Assembly (NCBI GenBank): GCA_039030515.1
Contig: JBCCEA010000057.1
Location: forward strand, 1 to 15,911
Reading direction: 5' to 3'
DNA from: Myxococcota bacterium
Lineage (GTDB): Bacteria > Myxococcota_A > Polyangia > Polyangiales > Houyiibacteriaceae
Length of the DNA: 15,911 nt
The position numbers and the translations under genes were made by a program. Below are positions 7,711-15,911 of the stretch, piece after piece. The notes below the pieces were generated by a model, which was not told the DNA's origin, made no database searches, and worked only from the letters and a program-made list of their open reading frames with translations. Each line of letters starts with the position of its first letter. Within the stretch, counting starts at the first letter, position 1.

Positions 7711-9660
7711 ATGTTGCGGAAGATTCCGTCGTTGAGCGTCGTTGCAGCCAGCCTTTTGGCAGCCAGCGGATGCGCTTCGTCATCTTCTGCGCGGCCATTG
7801 GGGCAGCCACACACGGCAACTAGAGTTGAGATGCCGCGGTTTTCTCGTTGGACCAATGAGGCCGCGGAAGGCATCGGCCATATCGATTTTGGAATCCTCC
7901 TCGTCGACCACTGGGAGTGGACGATGGAGCAGTACCCGGTCACGGCGACCCAACATGGCGACCGGCGTTATGACGATCGCCTGCGAGACGCTTCTCATCA
8001 GGCGATCCAGACGCGACACGGGGCTCGGCTGAGGTTTCTTGAGCGGACACAAGCGATCAACCCGACCGAGTTCGAAAGTGAGCTCGAGCGATTTACCTTC
8101 GCACTCTTTCGGGAACGACTCCAAGCCGAGGTCGACGCTGAGATTTGCGCTCTCGACACCTGGAGCCTCAACGCCTTCAACAACGTACTGCGGGAAATCG
8201 ACCAGCTACGCACCTTCCACCATATCGCCACCCCTTACGATGCACGAAGTCTGGTGGCTCGGTACCGGGCCGTTCCCCGATACTTGCGGCAGCGTATCGA
8301 CCAGCTGAACCGAGGACGACGCGAAGGCCGCCTAGCGAGTGCAAAAACAATCGAGAACATCGTGGCGCTGCTCCGAGGGCAGCTAGCCGTCCCGTTCGAG
8401 CAATGGGTTTTGCTGGAACCGCTCACCCGAGACCATCCCACCTGGCCCTACGCGGCGCGCACGGGTTTTGTGCACGACCTCACCGTGGCGGTCCGCGATC
8501 ATGTGATCCCCTCTGTCGAGGAATACGCCAACTTCTTAGAGTTTGAGCTTCTGCCGTCCGCACGCGAGCTGGTGCAGACAGAGGGCTTGACCGGACTGCC
8601 CGAGGGAGAAGCCTGTTACGCGTCTCTCATCCGACTGTTCACTGGGCAAAATACGTCCGCCCAAGAATTGCACCGAGTGGGAACCGAGGAGATCGAGCGA
8701 ATTCACGCCGAGATCGCAGACCTCGGGCAAGATCTCTTTGGAATCTCCGCACCAGCAGAAGTGCTGGAGCACCTGCGATCCGACCGCTCTCTTTTTTTTG
8801 AAAGCGAAGAGGAAATCGAGGCGACTACCCGCGCTGCAGTGGCCGCTGCTACCTCCAGAGCGACGGCGTTCTTCGATGCCCTGCCCACAACACCCCTCGT
8901 AGTGCAGCGGATACCCGACTATGAAGCGCCGTACACGGCGATTGGGTACTACCGGGCCCCCAATCCCGACGGCACCAAGCCGGGCGAGTTCTTCATCAAC
9001 ACCTTCGACCCCAGTCGACGTCCTCGATATGCAACCGAGGTTCTCGCGTATCACGAGTCGATCCCAGGACATCATCTGCAGGTAGCGATCGCCCAAGAGC
9101 TTCAGGCACTTCCGGCGTTCCGTCGCCATGCAGAACTCACCGTCTTTGGCGAGGGTTGGGCGCTGTACACCGAGCGGCTAGCGGATGAAATGGGTCTTTA
9201 TTCTTCTGCCCTCGATCGCATGGGCATGCTGGCGTTTGACGCTTGGCGCGCGGCCCGGCTGGTGGTCGACACGGGACTGCACTCCTTTGGTTGGACCCGA
9301 GAGGAAGCTGTCGACTACCTCACTCAACACACGGCGCTTCCCTTGGCCACGGCTGAAAACGAAGTGGACCGGTATATTTCTTGGCCTGGACACGCCCTAG
9401 CCTACAAGGTGGGTCAACTGGCGATATTGCGACTTCGTGACGAAGCCGTGCGCACGCTCGGACCCTACTTTGACATTCGCAAGTTTCACACCGCTGTCCT
9501 CGGCGGCGGACCGGTCACCATCCCTCTGCTCGAGCGAAGAGTGCACGCCTGGATCGCCCGAGAACAGCGAAGAAATCAGCAAACGGGACACGCCGCAAGC
9601 GTATGGGGAGTTCGGCTGGGACGCAGCGTGCAGGCTGAATCCAAGGAAACCGGATTTTAG
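7711..9660 (+). CDS. DUF885 family lipoprotein (putative zinc metallopeptidase-like)
   Basis: Family motifs YHESIPGHHLQ, EGWALYTE, WRAARLVVDTGLH, EVDRY and PGHALAYKVG. Starting at ATG 7711 gives a signal peptide with lipobox ASG-C21, which is preferred over GTG 7654. Confidence 0.92.
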   Translation: MLRKIPSLSVVAASLLAASGCASSSSARPLGQPHTATRVEMPRFSRWTNEAAEGIGHIDFGILLVDHWEWTMEQYPVTATQHGDRRYDDRLRDASHQAIQTRHGARLRFLERTQAINPTEFESELERFTFALFRERLQAEVDAEICALDTWSLNAFNNVLREIDQLRTFHHIATPYDARSLVARYRAVPRYLRQRIDQLNRGRREGRLASAKTIENIVALLRGQLAVPFEQWVLLEPLTRDHPTWPYAARTGFVHDLTVAVRDHVIPSVEEYANFLEFELLPSARELVQTEGLTGLPEGEACYASLIRLFTGQNTSAQELHRVGTEEIERIHAEIADLGQDLFGISAPAEVLEHLRSDRSLFFESEEEIEATTRAAVAAATSRATAFFDALPTTPLVVQRIPDYEAPYTAIGYYRAPNPDGTKPGEFFINTFDPSRRPRYATEVLAYHESIPGHHLQVAIAQELQALPAFRRHAELTVFGEGWALYTERLADEMGLYSSALDRMGMLAFDAWRAARLVVDTGLHSFGWTREEAVDYLTQHTALPLATAENEVDRYISWPGHALAYKVGQLAILRLRDEAVRTLGPYFDIRKFHTAVLGGGPVTIPLLERRVHAWIAREQRRNQQTGHAASVWGVRLGRSVQAESKETGF

Positions 9661-9707
9661 AGACGCTTCCGTTGCAGCCTTGCTAGGGCCTCGTAAGGTG
9701 GTCGGCG

Positions 9708-11597
9708 ATGGACCGTCGAACGAAGGCCCTCAAGGCCTGGTTTGGGCTCGATAGCTTTCGCCCGTGGCAGCGGGAGGCGATCGACGCGCTCCTCGACGGG
9801 GATGGACGCGTGCTCCTAGTCGCTCCAACCGGAGGCGGCAAAAGCCTATGCTATCAGTTTCCGGCGACCCAGCTCGAGGGGATCACCCTGGTCGTTTCGC
9901 CACTGATCGCTTTGATGGAGGATCAAGTCTGCAGCCTTTCCTCCCGAGGCATCGACGCGACCTACCTCGCATCTACACTTTCTTCTGAAGTGCAAAAAGA
10001 AAGACTCCGCGAGGTGCGAAACGGGACCTACAAGCTCGTCTATCTTTCGCCCGAGCGACTCGCCAACAGCTTCACGCTAGACACTCTTTGCACCCTGCCA
10101 GTCTCGCTTATGGCGATCGATGAGGCCCACTGCATTGCTCAGTGGGGCCACGACTTTCGCCCGGACTATCTGCGGATTGGCACGGTGCTCGAGCAACTTG
10201 CACCAAAGCGCGTGCTCGCGTGTACCGCGACCGCGACTCCGCTGGTCAGAGAAGAGATTCTGAAGCGTTTGAGTCTGCCCGGAGCGACCACCACCACGGT
10301 TTTGCGCGGATTCGCAAGGCCAAACCTCCATCTTTCTGCACGTGAACTCGAGTCCAAAAAAGAGCGTCATCATGAAATGCAGCGCGCGATCGCGGACTTT
10401 CTCGGCAGCCCGAAGGCACCCAAGGGCGGAGCGATCGTGTACGCGGGCACCCGCAAGCTTACCGAAGAGCTCGCCTCCGTACTGAGTGCGTCGGGGTACA
10501 AAAGCGCCGCATACCACGCGGGTCTTGATCCAACGCTCCGGTCCCGCGTCAATCAGGAGTTCAAAAGTGGAATCCTCGATATCGTTTGCGCGACGAGTGC
10601 ATTTGGAATGGGCATCGACCGCTCGGATATCCGGGCAGTCATTCACGTCACCGCACCTGGATCGATCGAAGAATACTACCAGGAGGTCGGCCGAGCAGGA
10701 CGAGACGGGCAGCCAGCGCACGGCCTTTTGATCACCGGCAGTTCGGATCTCGGTCTGCGGAAACGATTGATCGAGCTCGGTTCGGACGCCCGAAGAGGCG
10801 AGCAGCAGTGGGGGCTCTTCCTAGACTTGCTGCGCTACGTTGAGGCGGGCAGCTGCCGACACGACTTTATCCTCCGCTATTTCGAAGATGAGCAAGAAAC
10901 CCTCGGTGGCTGCGGGCATTGCGACATCTGTGAACGACTCGAGAGAAGTGACTTAGAAGAGCATTCGGTCGAAGAGGTGAGCCGAATCGCACGTCAAGCA
11001 CTCTCGGCAGTGGCTCGGGCTCGCGGTCGAGCCGGGCTTCGTGCGGTCGCCGACATGCTTCATGGATCGAGCAGCAAACGGCTCCAAGAACGTGGACTTC
11101 GAGACCTCAGCACCTACGGACTTCTTGCTGAATATCCGGTCGAATGGATCTCTCGGCTTCTCCGCAGACTGGTCACGGCGGGCTGGATCGATGTGCGCGG
11201 GGATCAGTTTCCGGTTCCCTTTCTGAGCCGAAAGGGAATCGCGGTGATGAAGGGGGAGCAACCGGCAAAGCTGGTCTTGCCCGAACACCGCTCGAAACGT
11301 TCAAGCACCACGAACAACGCGAAATCCAGCGCACCAAAGTTCACCTTGCCCCCAAACGCAGAGCCAACGTTCGAGCGACTGCGGCAGCTGCGCCTGGAGC
11401 TCGCCAAGGAAAAGGGCGTCCCCCCCTATATCGTCTGCCACGATCGAACGCTTGCTGAGATGGCGACGGTGTTGCCCAAAACCCTAGCCGAGCTCGCCAC
11501 CGTCAAAGGGATGGGACCTTCGCGCCTCGAGGAATTCGGCGATCGATTCCTTGGCACTCTGCGTGCAGTGCAGGTCGAACAAAACATGCAAGCCTAA
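9708..11597 (+). CDS. recQ: ATP-dependent DNA helicase, RecQ family (helicase, Zn-binding, RQC and HRDC regions)
   Basis: Motifs FRPWQ, APTGGGKSLCYQ, DEAHC..QWGHDFRPDY, TATA, YHAGL, ATSAFGMGID and QEVGRAGRDG. Zn ligands SCRH...CGHCDIC, and an HRDC domain (LRLELAKEKGVPPYIVCHDRTL). Confidence 0.96.
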   Translation: MDRRTKALKAWFGLDSFRPWQREAIDALLDGDGRVLLVAPTGGGKSLCYQFPATQLEGITLVVSPLIALMEDQVCSLSSRGIDATYLASTLSSEVQKERLREVRNGTYKLVYLSPERLANSFTLDTLCTLPVSLMAIDEAHCIAQWGHDFRPDYLRIGTVLEQLAPKRVLACTATATPLVREEILKRLSLPGATTTTVLRGFARPNLHLSARELESKKERHHEMQRAIADFLGSPKAPKGGAIVYAGTRKLTEELASVLSASGYKSAAYHAGLDPTLRSRVNQEFKSGILDIVCATSAFGMGIDRSDIRAVIHVTAPGSIEEYYQEVGRAGRDGQPAHGLLITGSSDLGLRKRLIELGSDARRGEQQWGLFLDLLRYVEAGSCRHDFILRYFEDEQETLGGCGHCDICERLERSDLEEHSVEEVSRIARQALSAVARARGRAGLRAVADMLHGSSSKRLQERGLRDLSTYGLLAEYPVEWISRLLRRLVTAGWIDVRGDQFPVPFLSRKGIAVMKGEQPAKLVLPEHRSKRSSTTNNAKSSAPKFTLPPNAEPTFERLRQLRLELAKEKGVPPYIVCHDRTLAEMATVLPKTLAELATVKGMGPSRLEEFGDRFLGTLRAVQVEQNMQA

Positions 11598-11633
11598 AAC
11601 GAAACCTGCAGGCCTGAGAAGTCCGGCAGCGTT
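11598..11633 (-). terminator. Possible intrinsic terminator between the convergent recQ and CoA-ester lyase genes
   Basis: An imperfect hairpin ctgc-a-ggcct-gaga-agtcc-g-gcag, followed on the minus strand by gtttcgtttt. The stem contains mismatches. Confidence 0.3.
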
Positions 11634-12682
11634 CAGAGTCCATAGCTCGCCCGCAACGCTTCATCTCGCTGCGAAAGCGCCTTTGCAAGCTCGACCACGA
11701 CGCGGCACTGCTTCACGGTGGCGTCATCCTGCATCTTGCCCTCGATCATGACGGCTCCAGTACCGTCACCCATCGCCTCGATCACCTTCATCGCCCAGTG
11801 CACCTCGTCGACGGGAGGACTGAACACCTTACGGGCGATGCCGATCTGAACCGGATGAAGCGACCAGGCTCCAACGCAGCCAAGAAGAAACGCGTTACGG
11901 AACTGATCCTCACACGCCAGCGTGTCCCGGATGTCGCCAAAGGGGCCGTAATACGGGAGGATTCCGTGGGCAGCGCAGGCGTCAACCATGCGCGCCATCG
12001 TGTAGTGCCACAAATCCTGCAGATAGGCTGGACGGTTCGCGTCCGGCTCTTGCGCGTTCGGATCTGCGCGAACTACGTATCCCGGATGCCCTCCTCCAAC
12101 CCGAGTCGTCTTCATCCGCCGAGACGCCGCCAGATCCGCTGGCCCGAGGCTCAGGCCTTGCATGCGGGGACTCGCACCGCAGATCTCCTCGACATTCGCC
12201 ACCCCGAGGGCAGTCTCTAAGATCGCATGTACCAAAATAGGTTTCTTCAGGCCTGCTCGAGCCTCTAGCTGTGCGAGCAAACGATCGATGAAATGGATGT
12301 CCCAGGGACCTTCGACCTTGGGGACCATCACTACATCGAGTTTGTCACCTACCTGAGCGACGATCTCTTGAAGGTCTTGCAGCACCCACGGGCTATCGAG
12401 ACTATTGACGCGGGTCCACAGCTGACAGGTACCAAAGTCGACGGTCTTGGCGATGTCGATGAATCCGGTCCGCGCTGCCTCTTTGCGATCCGCTGCGACC
12501 GCGTCTTCTAGGTTTCCAAGGAGCACGTCGCATGTGCCAACTAGACCTGGAACCTTGGCAGCCATCTTGGGATTGGACGGATCGAAGAAGTGGATCATCC
12601 GCGAGGGTCGAAAAGGGATCTCTCGTGCCGGTTCCGGCGCCCCGACCGCCAGGGGTTCAAAGAAGTGCTTTGGGCTGCGCAT
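11633..12682 (-). CDS. mcl: CoA ester lyase, CitE/HpcH superfamily; Chloroflexus-type L-malyl-CoA/beta-methylmalyl-CoA lyase-like (349 aa)
   Basis: ATG 12682 has GAGGAG 6 nt upstream. Segments [71 protein letters not shown] and GKMQDDAT closely resemble C. aurantiacus Mcl as I recall it. Substrate specificity is not proven. Confidence 0.88.
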   Translation of the reverse strand: MRSPKHFFEPLAVGAPEPAREIPFRPSRMIHFFDPSNPKMAAKVPGLVGTCDVLLGNLEDAVAADRKEAARTGFIDIAKTVDFGTCQLWTRVNSLDSPWVLQDLQEIVAQVGDKLDVVMVPKVEGPWDIHFIDRLLAQLEARAGLKKPILVHAILETALGVANVEEICGASPRMQGLSLGPADLAASRRMKTTRVGGGHPGYVVRADPNAQEPDANRPAYLQDLWHYTMARMVDACAAHGILPYYGPFGDIRDTLACEDQFRNAFLLGCVGAWSLHPVQIGIARKVFSPPVDEVHWAMKVIEAMGDGTGAVMIEGKMQDDATVKQCRVVVELAKALSQRDEALRASYGL

Positions 12683-12894
12683 GTATAGCTCCTCGGTTGA
12701 AGTAGTCGGATCGCAATACTGCGGCTCCGGAGGTCGACGCAAGCCCGAGTCGTCGAGACGCACTGGTTGGCTGCTCCAAACGCCTGGGGTGATTTCATGC
12801 GATTACGGGACGACAACGCGTGCTTTAGTCCGTTCCTCAACCTCGGTTACACTCGCTATGTGCTTCGACAACGAGCCAAGGGAGCCTCGACTCC

Positions 12895-13773
12895 GTGAGG
12901 CCTTCAGAAAAATACGATTTCGGATCGGTCGACACGTTGATCGGCGATCGATACCGACTGCTCTCTGAAATTGGTCGGGGAACGAGCGCTACGGTGTACC
13001 GCGCACTGGATACTCAAGATGAGAGCGAGTGCGCGGTAAAGGTCGGGGAAGCGCCTCAAGGGAGCAATCGCGAGCAGCGTTTTCTTCGAGAGGCTGCCAT
13101 CGCGTGCCAAATACGTCACACAAACGTGGTTCGCTCAAACGATTACGGTATCGAGGATGGCTTTCTTTACTTGGTGATGGAGTTCCTCCACGGAGAAACC
13201 CTCGGCAGCTGCCTCATCCGGCAGGCTTTTGGTCGAAAAGCAGCGTTCGAAAGCGTCCTGCAGGTGCTCCGCGCGCTTGAGTCAGTTCATCAAAGCGGAG
13301 TCATCCATCGCGACGTAAAACCGAACAACATCTTTGTGGTGCATCGTGCGGACGGATCTCTGGGAGAGACCAAGCTGCTCGATTTTGGGATCTCCAAGGG
13401 CCACGGAGGCAGTCAGAGGCACCGTCAACCTTTGACGCAAAAGGGAATGGTCGTCGGCACCCCTTGGTATGTCGCTCCCGAATGTCTTCGCGGAGCACGA
13501 GATTTGGACCCGAGGGTGGATGTCTACAGCGTGGGCGTCCTTCTTTTTGAGGTCGTGACGGGCGCCCTACCTTTTCGATCGACGCAGATTGCCGATCTCA
13601 TGTACGAAATCGTGAAAGGAACCGCCATCCGCGTTCGTGAGATCAAGCCGGATTGCCCCGAGCTCCTTGCAGCGATCATCCAGAAAGCGATGGCCCAAGA
13701 TCGTGCAGCCCGATTCACGAGCGCGACGGATCTTTGCGACCAACTGCAACGTTTTTTAGAAACGAGTCAATAG
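12895..13773 (+). CDS. Stand-alone Hanks-type Ser/Thr protein kinase (292 aa, catalytic domain only)
   Basis: Motifs IGRGTSATVY, AVK, RFLREA, HRDVKPNN, DFG, GTPWYVAPE and DVYSVG. GTG start with AAGGGAG upstream. Confidence 0.92.
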   Translation: MRPSEKYDFGSVDTLIGDRYRLLSEIGRGTSATVYRALDTQDESECAVKVGEAPQGSNREQRFLREAAIACQIRHTNVVRSNDYGIEDGFLYLVMEFLHGETLGSCLIRQAFGRKAAFESVLQVLRALESVHQSGVIHRDVKPNNIFVVHRADGSLGETKLLDFGISKGHGGSQRHRQPLTQKGMVVGTPWYVAPECLRGARDLDPRVDVYSVGVLLFEVVTGALPFRSTQIADLMYEIVKGTAIRVREIKPDCPELLAAIIQKAMAQDRAARFTSATDLCDQLQRFLETSQ

Positions 13774-13842
13774 ACCGCGTCGATGAAGGCGCTGCGCAGG
13801 ACCCCCGCAATCCGGCTTTGCTCTTTGCTCGCGTTGACTTTC

Positions 13843-13864
13843 GACCATTTTGCACAAAACGGTC
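13843..13864. promoter_or_regulatory. Imperfect 22-bp palindrome upstream of the DUF2914 gene (possible operator)
   Basis: gacc-a-ttttg-ca-caaaa-c-ggtc, with TTGACT at 13834-13839 just upstream. No good matching -10 element. Confidence 0.3.
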
Positions 13865-13896
13865 CGTGTTAACCGCGCATCCCGAGGAGAGATCAG

Positions 13897-14733
13897 ATGA
13901 TCGGCAGGATTTCATTTGTGGCTACCGCTCGCATAGACGGCTCGGCTCGTTCGTCCGCCCGCATGGCTATGACATCCGCGTCGATCGCGCTTGCCCTCGC
14001 TGGATGTTCAGCCCTGGAAGAGGCGCTGGGCAGCACGGAGCAAACGCCATCGGCACAAGAAGAACACTCCGCAAAACTGGAGCCCTCCCAAGCTCCATCG
14101 AAGTCCGCAGTGCGCGCTGACTCGGAAACGCCGTTAGCACCAGACAGAGGCGCCGCGGCGCAAGCAAACCCGTCCCCTGACATGAACTCGAGCATAACCC
14201 ACATCGGACCTTCACTGGATCGGGCGGCAAAGCGTCGGGCAGCGGTCCACAGCGCCTCTGCTGAGCCGAATCGGGTAGCGCGAGCCGCACGTCGTGCACG
14301 CAGGCCTGCATCCGCTCAAACCTCTTCAGCGGTGGGACAGCCACGAAAGGCAAAGGCCGATCCGAAACTCCAGGAGGTACATTCTCTCAAACTCACCCGT
14401 CTCTCGATCGCCACTTCGATCGAGGAGCGGGAGCCCGTTGGAGCCTCATCGGAGTTTCAAGCCAATCCGGAACGTCTCTTTGCATTTTTGCAGGTGCGCA
14501 ACGACCGCACCGAGGACGTACGCGTAGTCGTCACCTTCGAACATTCATCGGGTTTGGTAACGGGCAATGCAACGCTCACCGTGCCGCCCGACCAGCCACG
14601 ATGGCGAACTTGGGCCTCGTCCAGAAACATTCGCCGAACCGGCACATGGACCGCTGTGGTCAAGACCGAAGACGGCTCCACCCTCGGGACACTTCCGTTC
14701 CAGGTCGGCACCGCCGAGTCCAACGCGTCCTGA
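13897..14733 (+). CDS. DUF2914 domain-containing lipoprotein with a low-complexity N-terminal linker
   Basis: GAGGAG 7 nt before the ATG and lipobox LAG-C37. An Ala/Ser/Arg-rich linker precedes a C-terminal domain with REPVG, LFAF, WRTWAS, GTWTAVV and EDGSTLG, typical of DUF2914. Confidence 0.8.
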   Translation: MIGRISFVATARIDGSARSSARMAMTSASIALALAGCSALEEALGSTEQTPSAQEEHSAKLEPSQAPSKSAVRADSETPLAPDRGAAAQANPSPDMNSSITHIGPSLDRAAKRRAAVHSASAEPNRVARAARRARRPASAQTSSAVGQPRKAKADPKLQEVHSLKLTRLSIATSIEEREPVGASSEFQANPERLFAFLQVRNDRTEDVRVVVTFEHSSGLVTGNATLTVPPDQPRWRTWASSRNIRRTGTWTAVVKTEDGSTLGTLPFQVGTAESNAS

Positions 14734-14866
14734 ATAGACGAGCAGTCAACGCTCCAGATGCACTATGCGATTCTTTAGACCCACGGAGCCAAAGCTTGGC
14801 GGTCGGCAAAAAAGCTGAGTGCCGATGGCAGCTTGACGGCTCCGCGGGAGGGAGTAACTGGATTTC

Positions 14867-15682
14867 ATGGCTCCTCTCACAATACGCCTCGCAGGGCCTG
14901 AAAGGCCGCTTCTCTCCCGGACTTCTCGCCTGAGGCACTCCGCATGCTTGGTGTATTGCGCCGTGTACGTACTCGCTCTGGGCGGATGCTTCCGGTCTTC
15001 GACCAACGGTTCACCGGCCGATCGATCCTCGTCCGATCGCGCTGCAGCGGATGAATCCCTCACCGATCAAGCGCGATCGGATCCAACCGCACTGAGGGGT
15101 TCCGATCCCAACCGTTCCAATTCATCAGCCACGAACGCTGCGCTCAAACCTAGCGTTTCCGAGGATTCCCGCAGCGCATCTGCGCAAAAAGCACCTGCCG
15201 AAGACAATTTGCATCCGGTAGTCAAAATCGACACTTCTCTCGGGTCCATCCGAGTTCAACTCGATCGGCAACACGCCCCTCAGACAGTGGAAAATTTTCT
15301 GCGGTATGTCGAAGATCGGTTCTACGATGGGACCATCTTCCATCGGGTGATCGACAACTTCATGATCCAGGGGGGTGGACTGACCCCTGACGGCCGAGAG
15401 AAGACGACTCGAGCACCGATTTCTCTAGAAGTGCATCCGGCTCTTAGACATGCCGAGGGTACGATCGCCATGGCCCGAACCAGCAATCCGAACAGCGCGA
15501 GAGCTCAGTTCTACATTACCGATACCCAAACCCCACACTTAGACGGTGGCTATGCCGCGTTCGGCAGGGTTGTCGAGGGAATGTCGGTCGTTCAGGCTAT
15601 TTCAGAGGTCAAGACCGATCGAAACCGCCCAGTAGAAGACGTCCTCATCGAGCGGATTCGAGTGGAAGCGCCCGCCAACTGA
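14867..15682 (+). CDS. Cyclophilin-type peptidyl-prolyl cis-trans isomerase, probable lipoprotein (PpiA/PpiB-like)
   Basis: Motifs APQTVENF, FYDGTIFHRVIDNFMIQGGG, GTIAMART, QFYI and HLDGGYAAFGRV. A hydrophobic stretch ending LGG-C is followed by a Ser/Ala/Asp linker. GGGAG lies upstream. Confidence 0.94.
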   Translation: MAPLTIRLAGPERPLLSRTSRLRHSACLVYCAVYVLALGGCFRSSTNGSPADRSSSDRAAADESLTDQARSDPTALRGSDPNRSNSSATNAALKPSVSEDSRSASAQKAPAEDNLHPVVKIDTSLGSIRVQLDRQHAPQTVENFLRYVEDRFYDGTIFHRVIDNFMIQGGGLTPDGREKTTRAPISLEVHPALRHAEGTIAMARTSNPNSARAQFYITDTQTPHLDGGYAAFGRVVEGMSVVQAISEVKTDRNRPVEDVLIERIRVEAPAN

Positions 15683-15699
15683 TTCAACGCCCCCCAGCA

Positions 15700-15813
15700 C
15701 GCCTCGCTAGGCCTGAACGCCCGCTTGCCTCCCATGCTCGTCGTTCGAAGTAGCAGTACTACTCCTTCACGTCTGCGCGTGCGGGGCGCTAAGCGTTCAC
15801 ACCCATCGAGACG
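15700..15813. repeat. Palindromic element B, a divergent sister of element A
   Basis: 21-bp imperfect terminal inverted repeats (16/21 complementary). It shares cctcccatgctcg, gaagtagc, ctactcct and ggggcgcta with element A in the same order. Confidence 0.8.
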
Positions 15814-15817
15814 CGAT

Positions 15818-15911
15818 CCAGCGGGCCTAGGTCGGCCCAAACAGCTGCTTTCCTCCCATGCTCGGAGCTTGAAGTAGCCAAACTACTCCTGCGCTCCTGT
15901 GCTTCCGGGGC
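15818..15911. repeat. Palindromic repeat element A, copy 3 (complete left arm; truncated by the window end)
   Basis: 15831-15911 matches 73-153 except one base (15888 c versus 130 a). The left arm ccagcgggcctaggtcggcccaaacagct is an imperfect inverted repeat of the right arm seen at 157-185. Confidence 0.93.

Noticed and set aside
10077..10721. Long antisense or alternate-frame ORFs (e.g. 10077..10721, 8536..9129, 12447..12968, 1502..1981)
   Set aside because: These are shadow ORFs expected in GC-rich DNA opposite well-supported genes.
2332..11597. RecQ-associated defence system involving the paralogue pair
   Set aside because: RecQ has the canonical helicase-RQC-HRDC housekeeping layout, is divergently oriented from the pair and is separated from it by DUF885.
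12683..12763. N-terminal extension of the CoA ester lyase in the ORF track
   Set aside because: ATG 12682 has a strong GAGGAG site and matches the N-terminus of the family as I recall it.

Overview
A GC-rich bacterial segment, most likely from a myxobacterium (inferred from two Hanks-type Ser/Thr kinases, a kinase-HDOD fusion and lipoproteins with long N-regions). It holds nine probable CDSs. On the minus strand are a Ser/Thr kinase-HDOD fusion and two large tandem genes of no family I recognise (809 aa and about 709 aa). These are followed by a DUF885 metallopeptidase-like lipoprotein, RecQ, a Chloroflexus-type malyl-CoA lyase, a stand-alone Ser/Thr kinase, a DUF2914 lipoprotein and a cyclophilin lipoprotein. 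Two things stand out. First, the two unrecognised genes look like highly diverged, colinear paralogues in an apparent operon with lower GC than their flanks. Second, a roughly 110-125 bp nested-palindrome repeat occurs at both ends of the window, beside a divergent sister element whose stems show compensatory changes; a possible third structured element lies upstream of the paralogue pair. All family assignments come from motif recognition by eye; no searches were run.
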